Assembly: GCA_049519355.1 (NCBI GenBank)
Contig: JBEKQV010000001.1
Span: 150,408-214,407 of the forward strand
DNA from: Candidatus Microgenomates bacterium
GTDB taxonomy: Bacteria; Patescibacteriota; Microgenomatia; UBA8517
DNA: 64,000 nt
Direction: 5' to 3'
Shown here: positions 18,764 through 28,464 of the stretch, in pieces
Layout of the letters: each line of letters opens with the position of its first letter
Position numbering within the stretch: the stretch's first letter is position 1
Program-made: the position numbers and the translations under genes
The notes under the pieces: model-generated
Database searches by the model: none
What the model was told of the DNA's origin: nothing
The model's input: only the letters and a program-made list of their open reading frames with translations

Positions 18764-19392
18764 TTATTTATCCTTTCCCCGATGAGCTTAACCAAATCTT
18801 GGGAGATTGCATCAACCGGCTGCTCACCGTCAACATCAATAACCTCAGTTTCTCTTCTCAGTAGTTCAATAAGGGGTTCCACTTGCCCTCTAAACCAAGC
18901 CAAACGCTTTTTAATAGATTCAGGTTTGTCGTCCTCTCTTTGAACAAGGGTTTTAGGATCAATATCGGCAGGGGGTTTATCGGTAATAAGATTGTAAATT
19001 TTCCCCGTGGCCGGATCCATGCGTCTGGCCGAAAGTCTTTCAATCGTAACTTTCTCGCTGACAGTCAAAACGATCACCAAATTGATTTTTACATGCCTAT
19101 CTTTCAACCAACTTCTAAAAAATTCATACTGGGAAACAGTCCTGGGAAAACCGTCGAAAAGAATATTATCATAAAGATTTTGTTCATCGAGATAGGCAGC
19201 CAAGTACGAGGTAAATTCCTTATCCGGAACTATTTTGCCAGAATCCAAAGTTTTTTTCAGGTCGGGGTGGGTTTCAGCCATTCGCCTCAAATACGCGCCT
19301 GATTCAAAATAAAAAAGATCGAACTTCTCTATCAAAATCCTAGCCTGAGTGCCTTTTCCTGAACCTGAAGGGCCAATTAAAAGAATATTCAT
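18760..19392 (-). CDS. adk: adenylate kinase
   Basis: GPSGSGKGTQ, DGFPRT, QREDD. Confidence 0.95.
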   Translation of the reverse strand: MNILLIGPSGSGKGTQARILIEKFDLFYFESGAYLRRMAETHPDLKKTLDSGKIVPDKEFTSYLAAYLDEQNLYDNILFDGFPRTVSQYEFFRSWLKDRHVKINLVIVLTVSEKVTIERLSARRMDPATGKIYNLITDKPPADIDPKTLVQREDDKPESIKKRLAWFRGQVEPLIELLRRETEVIDVDGEQPVDAISQDLVKLIGERINK

Positions 19393-20672
19393 TATATAAA
19401 CCCTTCGTACCTTTCCATGATAAGTTCCCCTTCCATCTCACGAATAAGTTCCAGTGCCACCGAAACAACAATCAAAACGCTCGTGCCCCCGATGGCCAAG
19501 TTAGTTGCCCCAACAAAATTTTTGAAAAGTGAAGGAAGAACAGCAACGGCGCCAAGAAACGCACCTCCCACCAAAGTTAATCTGGAAAGAACATGACCAA
19601 GATATTTTTCTGTTTCTTTTCCGGGACGAATTCCAGGGATAAATCCGCCGCCTTTTTGTAAATCCTCCGAAATTTTCTCGGGATTAAATACAACAGCTGT
19701 GTAAAAATATGTGAATCCAAAAACCAGGAAGAAATAAGTAATATTATAAATTGCGCCTTGCGGATTAAATGAAGAGCTTATACTCCGCGCAATATTTGCA
19801 ACAGCCGGATTACTCACACCCGACAGAAACTGCCCGACCAGGGATGGTAATAGGACCAAAGATACGGCAAAAATGATAGGTATGACTCCCGCCTGATTAA
19901 GCCGTAACGGCAAGTACGAAGTCATTGCAAGGCCGCTCTCGGTCCGTCTTTTGGCATAATGGATTGGGATTTGACGTGCAGCTTCGCTGATAAAAATAAC
20001 CAAGCCGACAATCACTGCCGCAATAATTAAAAATAGAGCTACCTTAAGAATATCTTGTGATTGAAGAACACTTAAAGATTGACCAAAGGTAACAGGAAGG
20101 CGGGCAACGATTCCCGTAAAAATAAGGAGCGAAACTCCGTTCTTAAATCCATATTCAGTAATAAGTTCCCCGAGCCAAACGGCAAAAATTGTTCCGGCTG
20201 CCATGGTAATTACAAGAGTAAGAAGTGCAATTGGAGTTAAGTTAGGAATAACTTTCTGACTCCGAAGAAGCGCATACATCCCGAATCCCTGAAGAGCCGC
20301 CAAAGGAACAGTCAAAAGCCGGGTATATTGATTTATTTTTTCCTGTCCGAATTCCCCTTCTTTCTGTAATTCTTCAATCGACGGAATAACGTAACCTAAA
20401 AGTTGGAAAATAATTGAGGCATTGATATAAGGGTTTAGGCCCAATGCCAAAATTGAAAAGTTTGCCAGAGTTCCACCGGAAAAAACATCCAAAAGAGAAA
20501 GGAGCGGGCTCCCTGCGAAAAGTGCGGCCAGCGTGGTTCTATCAATCCCCGCCGCAGGAATATGTCCGGCAAGTCTAAAAACAACAAGTATTAAAGCCGT
20601 AATAAGTAGCTTCTTCCTTATAGAAGGAGTTTTAACCGCTTTCGAAAAAAATTGGCCAACAGATTTAAGCAT
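19392..20672 (-). CDS. secY: preprotein translocase subunit SecY
   Basis: [40 protein letters not shown]; ATG 20672 lies 11 nt after TATAAT (20684-20689). Confidence 0.98.
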   Translation of the reverse strand: MLKSVGQFFSKAVKTPSIRKKLLITALILVVFRLAGHIPAAGIDRTTLAALFAGSPLLSLLDVFSGGTLANFSILALGLNPYINASIIFQLLGYVIPSIEELQKEGEFGQEKINQYTRLLTVPLAALQGFGMYALLRSQKVIPNLTPIALLTLVITMAAGTIFAVWLGELITEYGFKNGVSLLIFTGIVARLPVTFGQSLSVLQSQDILKVALFLIIAAVIVGLVIFISEAARQIPIHYAKRRTESGLAMTSYLPLRLNQAGVIPIIFAVSLVLLPSLVGQFLSGVSNPAVANIARSISSSFNPQGAIYNITYFFLVFGFTYFYTAVVFNPEKISEDLQKGGGFIPGIRPGKETEKYLGHVLSRLTLVGGAFLGAVAVLPSLFKNFVGATNLAIGGTSVLIVVSVALELIREMEGELIMERYEGFI

Positions 20673-20740
20673 TTGTACGGACAATTATACCGTAACTCCG
20701 ATTCCAAAGACAGAGTTTTTTCGGATAAAATCCTATAATC

Positions 20741-20769
20741 TTGACGAAGTTATCTCTCTGTGGTAATAT
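20741..20769 (+). promoter_or_regulatory. sigma70 promoter
   Basis: TTGACG-17-TAATAT with TG extension. Confidence 0.7.
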
Positions 20770-20790
20770 TACGAGGCTAAATAATCAAGT

Positions 20791-20822
20791 TCAGGCTGGT
20801 TTGCAGCCTGATTTTTGTTTTT
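20791..20822 (+). terminator. promoter-proximal terminator or attenuator hairpin
   Basis: TCAGGCTG-gtttg-CAGCCTGA followed by TTTTTGTTTTT. Confidence 0.7.
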
Positions 20823-20968
20823 AGCACTCATTATCATTTGCACTTTCAAATATTTGCGGAGGCTATCCCTAAAGTTGGTGGGTTGCGCCTTGGGTTTCAG
20901 ATAATCTGGCATCCAAAGAGCAACACACCATATCCGGGAAGTTTCATAAACACAAAAAAGGAGAATGT

Positions 20969-21466
20969 ATGTACGATCTATTTCAATCGGTTGGAAAGAC
21001 CTTTAAGCACAGCTTTCTTCTCAGGGCCACTTTCGAGAACGGAAAATGTGGAAAGATCGAAATCGCATTGGTTCACGAGATGGAAGTCGAAACTAAGGGA
21101 TCAGGAATCAGGTACTTCGTAAGAGATAACTACGAAGTATGGCGCGGAATCCAGGAACCGGAAGATTGTAACGAGAAGGAATTGGATCCCTGCGAACGCC
21201 ACGCCGACACGGCCTGCTTACCCCATACAATGGAAGAAATGGATGTTCTCAACACTTCCAACAGGAGCCGTTTTCTCTCCCTGGGGTTAACAACAGCTCG
21301 TGAATCCTACTCGGAATATGTGCCGAATAATCCAGACCGCGAGATCGCCGTCATTTTTGAAAACTACTCCGATCTTCTGGGTTACCTTGGTAAGGCTCTT
21401 ACCAAGATCGGCGTACCCCACAAGGATCAAGGAATGATCCTCGAGGATATCAACTCGAAACTCTAG
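20969..21466 (+). CDS. hypothetical protein (165 aa)
   Basis: ORF with SD AGGAG at 20959-20963 and downstream terminator; no recognised family. Confidence 0.75.
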   Translation: MYDLFQSVGKTFKHSFLLRATFENGKCGKIEIALVHEMEVETKGSGIRYFVRDNYEVWRGIQEPEDCNEKELDPCERHADTACLPHTMEEMDVLNTSNRSRFLSLGLTTARESYSEYVPNNPDREIAVIFENYSDLLGYLGKALTKIGVPHKDQGMILEDINSKL

Positions 21467-21501
21467 GCCAAGGCCCGCCCGCATAAAAATATTTGATCTG
21501 C

Positions 21502-21542
21502 AAAAAACTCGGAGTGATCCCAAAAAGACCCCCGAGTTTTTT
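21502..21542 (+). terminator. intrinsic terminator (possibly bidirectional)
   Basis: AAAAAACTCGG...CCGAGTTTTTT inverted repeat. Confidence 0.75.
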
Positions 21543-21574
21543 GTTGGCAAAAATCCAAGTGCTACAATGAATTA

Positions 21575-22234
21575 ATGAAATTATTGATTTGCCTCATCGG
21601 CATAACTGTAGTTGCCGCAGTTATTTATTATTTTCTTTCTCAAAAAAAGGTCCGGAACAAAAAATCAAAAAACCAAAGAAGTGCAGTTCTAATTACAGCT
21701 TTAGTTACAGTTATTCTACTGGGAGTCCTCGCTTTGGCGGTTTACAAATCCCAAAACCAGGCGGATCTACAATGTTCAGTCACACATACCACAACCGATT
21801 CTCCACCTGCAAGTTTAAAAACGGCAATGGATTATTTCTTACAAGGTAACTATGACTACGACACAGGAAACTGTGTCAAAGCAATTGCCGACTACACAAC
21901 TTCCATTAGTCTCAATCCCAGAGACGCCGAAGTTTACAATAACCGCGCCTACACATATATGCGTATGAGAGATTTTAAAGATGCACTTCCCGATTTGGAA
22001 AAGGCTCTTGCCATAAATCCGAATTATATTCAGGCACTAATGAATAGAGGCGATATTCACAATTACTATTACGAAATTAATAGATCCAGCGCTATAGCGG
22101 ATTATGAAAAAGTAATTTCTTTAGGAGGAACTCGCGGAACGAGCGTTTGTGGGCACCTTCTTTTAGCCCGTACCAATGGTTGGACCTTAAGCACCATCTT
22201 TGAACTTCCCTTTGTAAACGCCAACTGCCAATAA
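21575..22234 (+). CDS. membrane-anchored tetratricopeptide repeat protein
   Basis: Two N-terminal TM helices; TPR patterns AIADYTTSISLNP, YNNRAYTY, ALAINPNYIQALMNRG. Confidence 0.85.
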   Translation: MKLLICLIGITVVAAVIYYFLSQKKVRNKKSKNQRSAVLITALVTVILLGVLALAVYKSQNQADLQCSVTHTTTDSPPASLKTAMDYFLQGNYDYDTGNCVKAIADYTTSISLNPRDAEVYNNRAYTYMRMRDFKDALPDLEKALAINPNYIQALMNRGDIHNYYYEINRSSAIADYEKVISLGGTRGTSVCGHLLLARTNGWTLSTIFELPFVNANCQ

Positions 22235-22273
22235 GCTTCTGAAAGCACCGGCCTTTTTTGTTAAACTAAAGCC

Positions 22274-23038
22274 GTGGAAAAACAAATAACTTTTGAAAAC
22301 TCAAATGGGATAAAACTAGCCGGGATTTTAAATGAAACCGGAAACCACGAAAACATCTTAATAATGGTCCACGGTTTTAATTCCAACAAAAACTCCAAAA
22401 ACCTGGTACGGCTTTCGGAAATGTTGGATAAAGCAGAAATCAGTTCATTTCGATTTGATATTTACGGCCATGGCAAAAGCGGAGGAAATTTTGAAGATAT
22501 TACAATTTCCGAAACGGTTGGTGATATTCTTCAGGCAATAAAATTTGTAAAAGAGCAGGGATATAAAAACATAGGACTTCTGGGCTCGAGTTTTGGAGGA
22601 ATAGCAAGTATCATGGCAGCTTCAAAAAGCAAGGATGTTTCATTCCTCAGCCTAAAGTCCCCCGTCTCCGATTATTTGAAACTTGAGAAATCAAGATTTA
22701 CCGAAAAAGAATTCGGGGATTGGAAAAGAACCGGCTACAGGAATTACAAAGATGACGGGAAAACTGTAAAACTAAAATATACATTTATCGAAGATTTTAA
22801 AAATAATAACGCATATAGAGCCGCAAAGTTAATTAATATTCCGGTACTTATTGTCCACGGAAGCGCCGACAAAGACGTTCCGCTCTCCCAAAGCAAAAAA
22901 CTTATGAATTTTCTTCCGAACGGAAAACTAATAACAATCGAGGGAGCTGACCATCGTTACACAAACGAAACTCACGCCACCAAAATGTTAAAAATATTTT
23001 ATGATTTTGGGGTCAATAATTTTTCCCATGGCAGATGA
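22274..23038 (+). CDS. alpha/beta fold hydrolase
   Basis: HGF oxyanion motif, GHGKSGG, GSSFGG nucleophile elbow, HGSAD, GADH. Confidence 0.9.
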   Translation: MEKQITFENSNGIKLAGILNETGNHENILIMVHGFNSNKNSKNLVRLSEMLDKAEISSFRFDIYGHGKSGGNFEDITISETVGDILQAIKFVKEQGYKNIGLLGSSFGGIASIMAASKSKDVSFLSLKSPVSDYLKLEKSRFTEKEFGDWKRTGYRNYKDDGKTVKLKYTFIEDFKNNNAYRAAKLINIPVLIVHGSADKDVPLSQSKKLMNFLPNGKLITIEGADHRYTNETHATKMLKIFYDFGVNNFSHGR

Positions 23039-23540
23039 ACTACTTGATTTAATAAACATTAACGACGAAGTAATCGGAACCGGGTGGAAGAGTGAAATGC
23101 ACCAAAAGGGTTTACTTCATAGAACCGTGATTGCCGAGGTTATCGGAAAAGGAAGAATCTGGACACTTGTTGAACAAGCGCCGGGCAAACAGGATGTCGG
23201 GCAGTTCGTTTCTGCGGTTGGTGGACATGTTAAATCGGGTGAAAGCAACGAAGATGCCTTAAGAAGAGAGGCGGGCGAGGAGTTCGGACTTACAGAAAAG
23301 TTTGATTTCAAATATATCGGCAAAAGAATCTACAACCGCGAGGTTAACGGAAATAAAGAAAACCACCTCTTCATTCTTTATGAAATTTATTCCAATCAGA
23401 TACCAGTACTTGATAGTGAGGCGGTTGGTTACAAAAGATTTGAGGAGAAAGAACTTGTAAGGGCTCTAAAAGAAAATCCAGCCGCGTTTGGTGCCCCATT
23501 CCACTTCATCATCAGGGAGTTTTATCCAAATTTAATTTAA
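23028..23540 (+). CDS. NUDIX hydrolase (IDI/YfcD-like)
   Basis: GLLHRTV and Nudix box GGHVKSGESNEDALRREAGEEFG; ATG at 23028. Confidence 0.88.
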   Translation: MADELLDLININDEVIGTGWKSEMHQKGLLHRTVIAEVIGKGRIWTLVEQAPGKQDVGQFVSAVGGHVKSGESNEDALRREAGEEFGLTEKFDFKYIGKRIYNREVNGNKENHLFILYEIYSNQIPVLDSEAVGYKRFEEKELVRALKENPAAFGAPFHFIIREFYPNLI

Positions 23541-23592
23541 ATTGCTGTTGTAAAGTCTCTGAAAAGATCCATTTGCGTGGTAAAATTGCCAT

Positions 23593-24519
23593 ATGATCGT
23601 TGTAGCTAGTTACAATAGTCCGGATATTGACGGTATCGCCTGCTCAATTGCCTACGCAGAACTTCTAAATAAACTCAAAGAGAAGGCGGAAGCGACATAT
23701 TTTGGGATGTTGGGTTTGGAAGATGAGTTCGTTAAAAAATATACAAATTATTTTCCTATTAAAAAACATGAAGGAAAATATGAAGCCAATACTCAATTTG
23801 TCATTGTCGATACTACTGATCCTAATGGAATAGAACCTTCAATTCCACCCGAGAACATAATAGAAATTTTTGATCACCGGCAACAAGTTTTTCTTGAGAA
23901 ATATATAAATGCCAAAGCAAAAATCGAACTCGTCGGGTCATGTGCAACTTTGATCACCGAAGAATTCAAAAAGAATAAGGTTGAGCCTTCTGAAAATGCC
24001 GCAATTTATTTGTATTCCGCGATTATTTCCAATACCGTAAATTTCAAAAATTTGGTTACGACACAGCGTGACAAAGATGCCGTCAACTGGCTTAAAAACT
24101 TTATGTCCTTGCCAGATGATTATGTAAAGACAATGTTTAATTCAAAATCAAATGTTACTTCAGGTAATTTATATGAAGTTATTGACCAAGATTTTGCGAT
24201 TAAAAATTATGGTAATAAATCGGTCGGGATAGCACAAATAGAAATAACAGATCTTGAAGCAAGAATTGCAAAATGGGGTGAAAAGTTACCGGAAGTACTT
24301 AACCGGCTTAAAAAAGAAAATCATTTGGATTACATTTTCTTCACGGGAATAGATATTTTTGAAGGATTTAATATTTTCTACATGATTGACGAAGAATCAA
24401 GAAAGTTATTCACAAAGGCTCTTGAAATTCCAGATTTAAAATCAGGATACAAAACCAAAGAAATCATCATGCGGAAGCAGATAGGCCCAAAACTAGAGAA
24501 ACTGGCGGGAAGTTTCTGA
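23593..24519 (+). CDS. ppaC: family II Mn-dependent inorganic pyrophosphatase-like (DHH/DHHA2)
   Basis: PDIDG, FDHR, VGSCAT, GIAQIE, IMRKQI; several metal ligands diverged. Confidence 0.7.
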   Translation: MIVVASYNSPDIDGIACSIAYAELLNKLKEKAEATYFGMLGLEDEFVKKYTNYFPIKKHEGKYEANTQFVIVDTTDPNGIEPSIPPENIIEIFDHRQQVFLEKYINAKAKIELVGSCATLITEEFKKNKVEPSENAAIYLYSAIISNTVNFKNLVTTQRDKDAVNWLKNFMSLPDDYVKTMFNSKSNVTSGNLYEVIDQDFAIKNYGNKSVGIAQIEITDLEARIAKWGEKLPEVLNRLKKENHLDYIFFTGIDIFEGFNIFYMIDEESRKLFTKALEIPDLKSGYKTKEIIMRKQIGPKLEKLAGSF

Positions 24520-24523
24520 AAAG

Positions 24524-24955
24524 TTATTTTGAAGATTTCTCGAGAGCTTTGACTTGTGACTTTTTGGGGGTTCCGACTTTAAATGTAAATTTCTTTTCAT
24601 TCTTGCCGATTCCGATTATTTTAACTCCATGAACTTTGGCCAGCTTTGCTTTCAAAAATCCCTTTTTGACCAAAAGCTCAACCGTAATTCCACTTCCAAC
24701 CGGTAAAACCTCGATTTTTGAATAACTTATGGCAATGGGTTTTATATTTTCATGGAATTTTCCTTTTCCGCGCATTTTGGGAAGTCTTTTCAAAAGAGAT
24801 TTTTTCATCTTCATTCCTTCAAAAAGAACGTTTACACTTCCCCTGCTTTTTTGTCCTTTTTGCCCACGTCCGGAGGTGTGGCTCCCTTTGCCGCTTCCCA
24901 TACCGCGTCCCACTCTCTTTTTTGATCTTTGAACAACTTTAGGTAATCTTGTCAT
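24524..24955 (-). CDS. rplO: 50S ribosomal protein L15
   Basis: [28 protein letters not shown]. Confidence 0.96.
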   Translation of the reverse strand: MTRLPKVVQRSKKRVGRGMGSGKGSHTSGRGQKGQKSRGSVNVLFEGMKMKKSLLKRLPKMRGKGKFHENIKPIAISYSKIEVLPVGSGITVELLVKKGFLKAKLAKVHGVKIIGIGKNEKKFTFKVGTPKKSQVKALEKSSK

Positions 24956-24978
24956 ATTTTGTCTGAAATAAGCTTCGC

Positions 24979-25473
24979 TTATTTTCTCTTCATCTCAACT
25001 ATTTCGGAAATTTTCTCCAGAGCTTTTAATGTTGCGTAAACATTTGAAATCTTATTTTTTGTTCCGAGAATTTTTCCTACAGCGTCTCTAATTCCGGCCG
25101 CCTCAAGAACAACTCTCATTGGCCCCCCCGCAATAATTCCGGATCCGGGAGGAGCGGGTTTAAGTAAAACCTTCGCCGCCGAAAACTTCTCGTGTACTGA
25201 GTAAGGAACGGTTGTTCCGGCCAAAGGAATTACCGTCAATTTTCTTTTGGCTGCATCAATTGCTTTTCTGATGGCGTTTCTGACATCTGTCGCCTTAGCA
25301 AGTCCTATTCCGACTTTTCCTTTTCTATCGCCCACAACCACAAGAGCCGAAAATCTGATTTGGTTTCCGCCTTTGGTCTTTTTACTGATTCTGTTGATTT
25401 GGACCACTGTTTCCTCAAACTCTTTGGGCGGTCCTTCATAGTTATTTGTGCTTCTATTTCTCGTAAATCCCAT
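24979..25473 (-). CDS. rpsE: 30S ribosomal protein S5
   Basis: [22 protein letters not shown]. Confidence 0.98.
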   Translation of the reverse strand: MGFTRNRSTNNYEGPPKEFEETVVQINRISKKTKGGNQIRFSALVVVGDRKGKVGIGLAKATDVRNAIRKAIDAAKRKLTVIPLAGTTVPYSVHEKFSAAKVLLKPAPPGSGIIAGGPMRVVLEAAGIRDAVGKILGTKNKISNVYATLKALEKISEIVEMKRK

Positions 25474-25485
25474 ATTAATATTGGT

Positions 25486-25842
25486 TTAGAAAACCAATCC
25501 TCCACTTCTAGCCCCTTCCGCAACTGCCTTAACTCTTCCATGAAATCTGAATCCGTTTCTGTCAAAAGTCACTGTTTTTATTTTCTTGGCCAATGCTTTC
25601 TTGGCAATTTCCTCACCAACCATTTGGGCCATTTGGGTCTTAGTCATTTTCTCTTTCTTAATTTTTGCATCGGAAAAACCAACAAGTGTTACACCTTTTT
25701 CATCATTAATAATCTGGGCATAAATATGCGTATTTGAACGAAAAACAGAGAGCCTTGGGCGTTTTTCAGTTCCCACCACTCTCGCCCTAACTCTATTTTT
25801 CCTTTGCAAATATCTTTTTGCCTTTAATTCTCTTCTCTTCAT
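25486..25842 (-). CDS. rplR: 50S ribosomal protein L18
   Basis: RPRLSVFRSN, FDRNGFRFHGRVKA. Confidence 0.98.
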   Translation of the reverse strand: MKRRELKAKRYLQRKNRVRARVVGTEKRPRLSVFRSNTHIYAQIINDEKGVTLVGFSDAKIKKEKMTKTQMAQMVGEEIAKKALAKKIKTVTFDRNGFRFHGRVKAVAEGARSGGLVF

Positions 25843-25849
25843 ATATTTT

Positions 25850-26407
25850 TTAAGCTCCTACCGGACCGGCTTTTGTTGCGGCAGCTTTACCGGCCTTCCT
25901 TCTTATAACCTCATCAACATACTTTATTCCCTTTCCTTTATACGGTTCCGGAGGTTTTACACCCCTGATATTGGCGGAGACTTGTCCCACCAATTCCCTA
26001 TCAATTCCTTCAACCGTGACAATCGTCTTTTCAACCTTAAAACCAATTCCCTTCGGCGCCTCGACCTCAACCGGATGGGAAAACCCTACGGTCAAAGAAA
26101 GTGTGGTTCCGGCAACTTCGGCTTTAAATCCAGTTCCCACAAGTTCCAATTTTTTACTCCAACCCTCTGTTACTCCTTTAACATCGTTATTAATTAATGC
26201 GCGAATTGTGCCGAAAAGTGACATTATATACTTCCCGCTGCCCTTGGCGGATACCTGAACTTTTCCGTCTTTAACTTCGACATTAATCTCGGGCGGAAAA
26301 TGCCTTTCCATTACTCCCTTAGGCCCTGTAACTTTTACGTTATGACCACTTACTTCTACTGTTACTCCTGACGGAATTATTACTGGTTGTTTTCCAATCT
26401 TTGACAT
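25850..26407 (-). CDS. rplF: 50S ribosomal protein L6
   Basis: MSKIGK, GFSHPV, PEPYKGKGI. Confidence 0.98.
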   Translation of the reverse strand: MSKIGKQPVIIPSGVTVEVSGHNVKVTGPKGVMERHFPPEINVEVKDGKVQVSAKGSGKYIMSLFGTIRALINNDVKGVTEGWSKKLELVGTGFKAEVAGTTLSLTVGFSHPVEVEAPKGIGFKVEKTIVTVEGIDRELVGQVSANIRGVKPPEPYKGKGIKYVDEVIRRKAGKAAATKAGPVGA

Positions 26408-26414
26408 TTTTGTT

Positions 26415-26798
26415 TTACCAAATTTCAGCTATGACCTCTCCTCCGACTCTTTCTTTAATTGCAAGCCTCGAAGAAATTACTCCTTTGGGCGTCGAAATCA
26501 GGAAGTTGGAGGGACCTTTTTTCTTCTCTATATCGGTAACATTCATATAAATTCTAAGTCCGGGCTTGGAAACAAGTTTCAAATTCATAAGAAGAGGTTT
26601 TTTATCTTTGAATGTTAAAGAAACGGTTAAACTTTCTTTTTCTTTCTTAACACTATCCAAAAATCCCAATTTTTTAAGAGCCTCCGCAACGGCGACTATT
26701 CGTTTATCGGCGGTAAGGGTTACCGTTTTATTTTTCGCCCTGGCTGCATTTTTAATTCTTATCAAAAAGTCTCCTACTGAATAATTTGTGTTTACCAT
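26415..26798 (-). CDS. rpsH: 30S ribosomal protein S8
   Basis: [28 protein letters not shown]. Confidence 0.97.
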   Translation of the reverse strand: MVNTNYSVGDFLIRIKNAARAKNKTVTLTADKRIVAVAEALKKLGFLDSVKKEKESLTVSLTFKDKKPLLMNLKLVSKPGLRIYMNVTDIEKKKGPSNFLISTPKGVISSRLAIKERVGGEVIAEIW

Positions 26799-26977
26799 GA
26801 TGCCTTTCTAACCCCCGGGATTTCTCCCCTTAGGGCATACTCTCTGAAACAAAGTCTACAAATACCAAATCTCCTAAGATATCCACGCGACCTCCCGCAG
26901 ATTTTACATCTGTTGTGATACCTGACTTTGAACTTTAATTTTTTAGTTTCTCTTACTTCTTTCGCAGTTGTACTCAT
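26792..26977 (-). CDS. rpsN: 30S ribosomal protein S14 (zinc-binding type Z)
   Basis: RCKICGR...[17 protein letters not shown]. Confidence 0.98.
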   Translation of the reverse strand: MSTTAKEVRETKKLKFKVRYHNRCKICGRSRGYLRRFGICRLCFREYALRGEIPGVRKASW

Positions 26978-27528
26978 TTTTTAGTTTCCTCCTTAACAAA
27001 CGGGCAACCGAGAAGTTCCAAAAGCCTTTTGGCCTTTTCGGGTGTTCCCGCGGTTGTAACAATAGTTATTTCAAGTCCGTGTGCAGCGGCAGCTTTTGTC
27101 GGATCTATTTCCGGAAAAACCGTATGCTCTTCAAATCCTAAAGTATAGTTGCCCCGGCCATCAAAAGATTTCAAAGGAACTCCGCGAAAATCCCTAAGTC
27201 TGGGCAAAACGATCGAAAAAAGTCTGTCCAGAAAGGCATACATCCGGTCCCCTCTAAGAGTAACACTAAGTCCCACCGGCATTCCCGCCCTTAAGTTAAA
27301 GCTGGCAATTGACACCTTAGCATTTCTAATTGCAGGGGCTTGTCCCGTAATTACGGCCAAATCTTTCTTCAAAGAATCCATTTGCTGTTGGTTTTTAGCC
27401 GCAAGACCTATTCCCATGTTTACAACAACTTTGGTTACTTTTGGAATGGCCAAATTATTCCTAATCTCAAATTCTTTTGAGAGTGTATCTTTTATCTCTT
27501 TTTCAAATTTTTCGTGTAATCTGTTCAT
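26974..27528 (-). CDS. rplE: 50S ribosomal protein L5
   Basis: [27 protein letters not shown]. Confidence 0.98.
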   Translation of the reverse strand: MNRLHEKFEKEIKDTLSKEFEIRNNLAIPKVTKVVVNMGIGLAAKNQQQMDSLKKDLAVITGQAPAIRNAKVSIASFNLRAGMPVGLSVTLRGDRMYAFLDRLFSIVLPRLRDFRGVPLKSFDGRGNYTLGFEEHTVFPEIDPTKAAAAHGLEITIVTTAGTPEKAKRLLELLGCPFVKEETKK

Positions 27529-27531
27529 TTT

Positions 27532-27846
27532 TTATTTGGCGTCAATCTCTTTTTTGCACTTTTTGCAAATTCTTACCTTTTCGTCTCCTGCAAATTTAAA
27601 ACCGACTCTGGTTATCTTTTTGCACTTGGGGCAAATCAAAGCAACCTTTCCAAATCCTAAAGGCCTGGGAATATCATAAACTCCGCCTTTTACATCTCCA
27701 AAACCCTTAACATGCTTCTTGTATAGATTTATCCCGGCCACAACCACTTTGGCATCAACTGGTAAAATCTTTTCGATTTTTCCTTCTCTGCCTTTGTCTT
27801 TACCCGCAGTTACTTTAATTGTGTCTCCAATTTTAAATTTGATCAT
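27532..27846 (-). CDS. rplX: 50S ribosomal protein L24
   Basis: KIGDTIKVTAGKDKG KOW motif; ATG at 27846; CPKC/CKKC. Confidence 0.96.
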   Translation of the reverse strand: MIKFKIGDTIKVTAGKDKGREGKIEKILPVDAKVVVAGINLYKKHVKGFGDVKGGVYDIPRPLGFGKVALICPKCKKITRVGFKFAGDEKVRICKKCKKEIDAK

Positions 27847-27847
27847 A

Positions 27848-28213
27848 TTAGATAACCTCCCTCGCCAAAGAGGCAATTTTATTGTAACCCGCTTCCTTAA
27901 CTTCTCTGGCAATAGGACCCAAAATCCTGGTCCCGCGGGGAAGTCCCTGTTTATCAATTACAACTCCAGCATTATCGTCAAATCTGATATAGCTTCCATC
28001 CGAGCGTCCAACTTCTTTTCTGGTTCTGACAATCAAAACCTTTACCTTTTCGTGATCCGCTACGATTCCTGCAGGATCGGCTCCTTTAACAACCCCCAAA
28101 ATTACATCTCCGAGGGTTGCAAACTTACCAACCTTCCCCGGAACGCCGATTATCATTATCCTTTTAGCACCACTATTATCTGCCGGAGTTAACATTGTTC
28201 TTAGTTGCACCAT
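27848..28213 (-). CDS. rplN: 50S ribosomal protein L14
   Basis: ADNSGAK, IRFDDNA, GTRILGP. Confidence 0.98.
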   Translation of the reverse strand: MVQLRTMLTPADNSGAKRIMIIGVPGKVGKFATLGDVILGVVKGADPAGIVADHEKVKVLIVRTRKEVGRSDGSYIRFDDNAGVVIDKQGLPRGTRILGPIAREVKEAGYNKIASLAREVI

Positions 28214-28462
28214 TTATTTTTTAGCCTTTCCTTTTTCTTTAACTACTTCGGTAATTATCCACTTTATTGTCTTTGAATAAGGTTTACTGTCGGCAAATTT
28301 GACCCTATCTCCCAACTTTACTCCCAGCTCGTCGTGAACCTGAAACTTGGTAAATCTCTTGAACCTCTTTTTGTAAAGCGGGTGAATAACAACCCTTTCC
28401 ACCGCAACAGTTGCGGTTTTCGCCATCTTCGTGCCAACTACTTTTCCAACAAATATTTTCAT
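28214..28462 (-). CDS. rpsQ: 30S ribosomal protein S17
   Basis: GKVV, KMAKT, HPLYKK, VHDE. Confidence 0.97.
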   Translation of the reverse strand: MKIFVGKVVGTKMAKTATVAVERVVIHPLYKKRFKRFTKFQVHDELGVKLGDRVKFADSKPYSKTIKWIITEVVKEKGKAKK

Positions 28463-28464
28463 AG

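Larger units (their letters stand above)
20690..24523 (+). other. five-gene opposite-strand insert splitting rplO from secY
   Basis: Five + strand ORFs between normally adjacent minus-strand rplO and secY; no integrase or transposase. Confidence 0.8.

Noticed and set aside
20866-20939. Integron attC interpretation of the long hairpin
   Set aside because: No RYYYAAC...GTTRRRY boxes in the required order, no similar sites between the other insert genes and no integrase.
20838-21122. 94-aa ORF overlapping the start of the 165-aa gene
   Set aside because: TTG start without SD, runs through the structured leader and overlaps an SD-led ORF.
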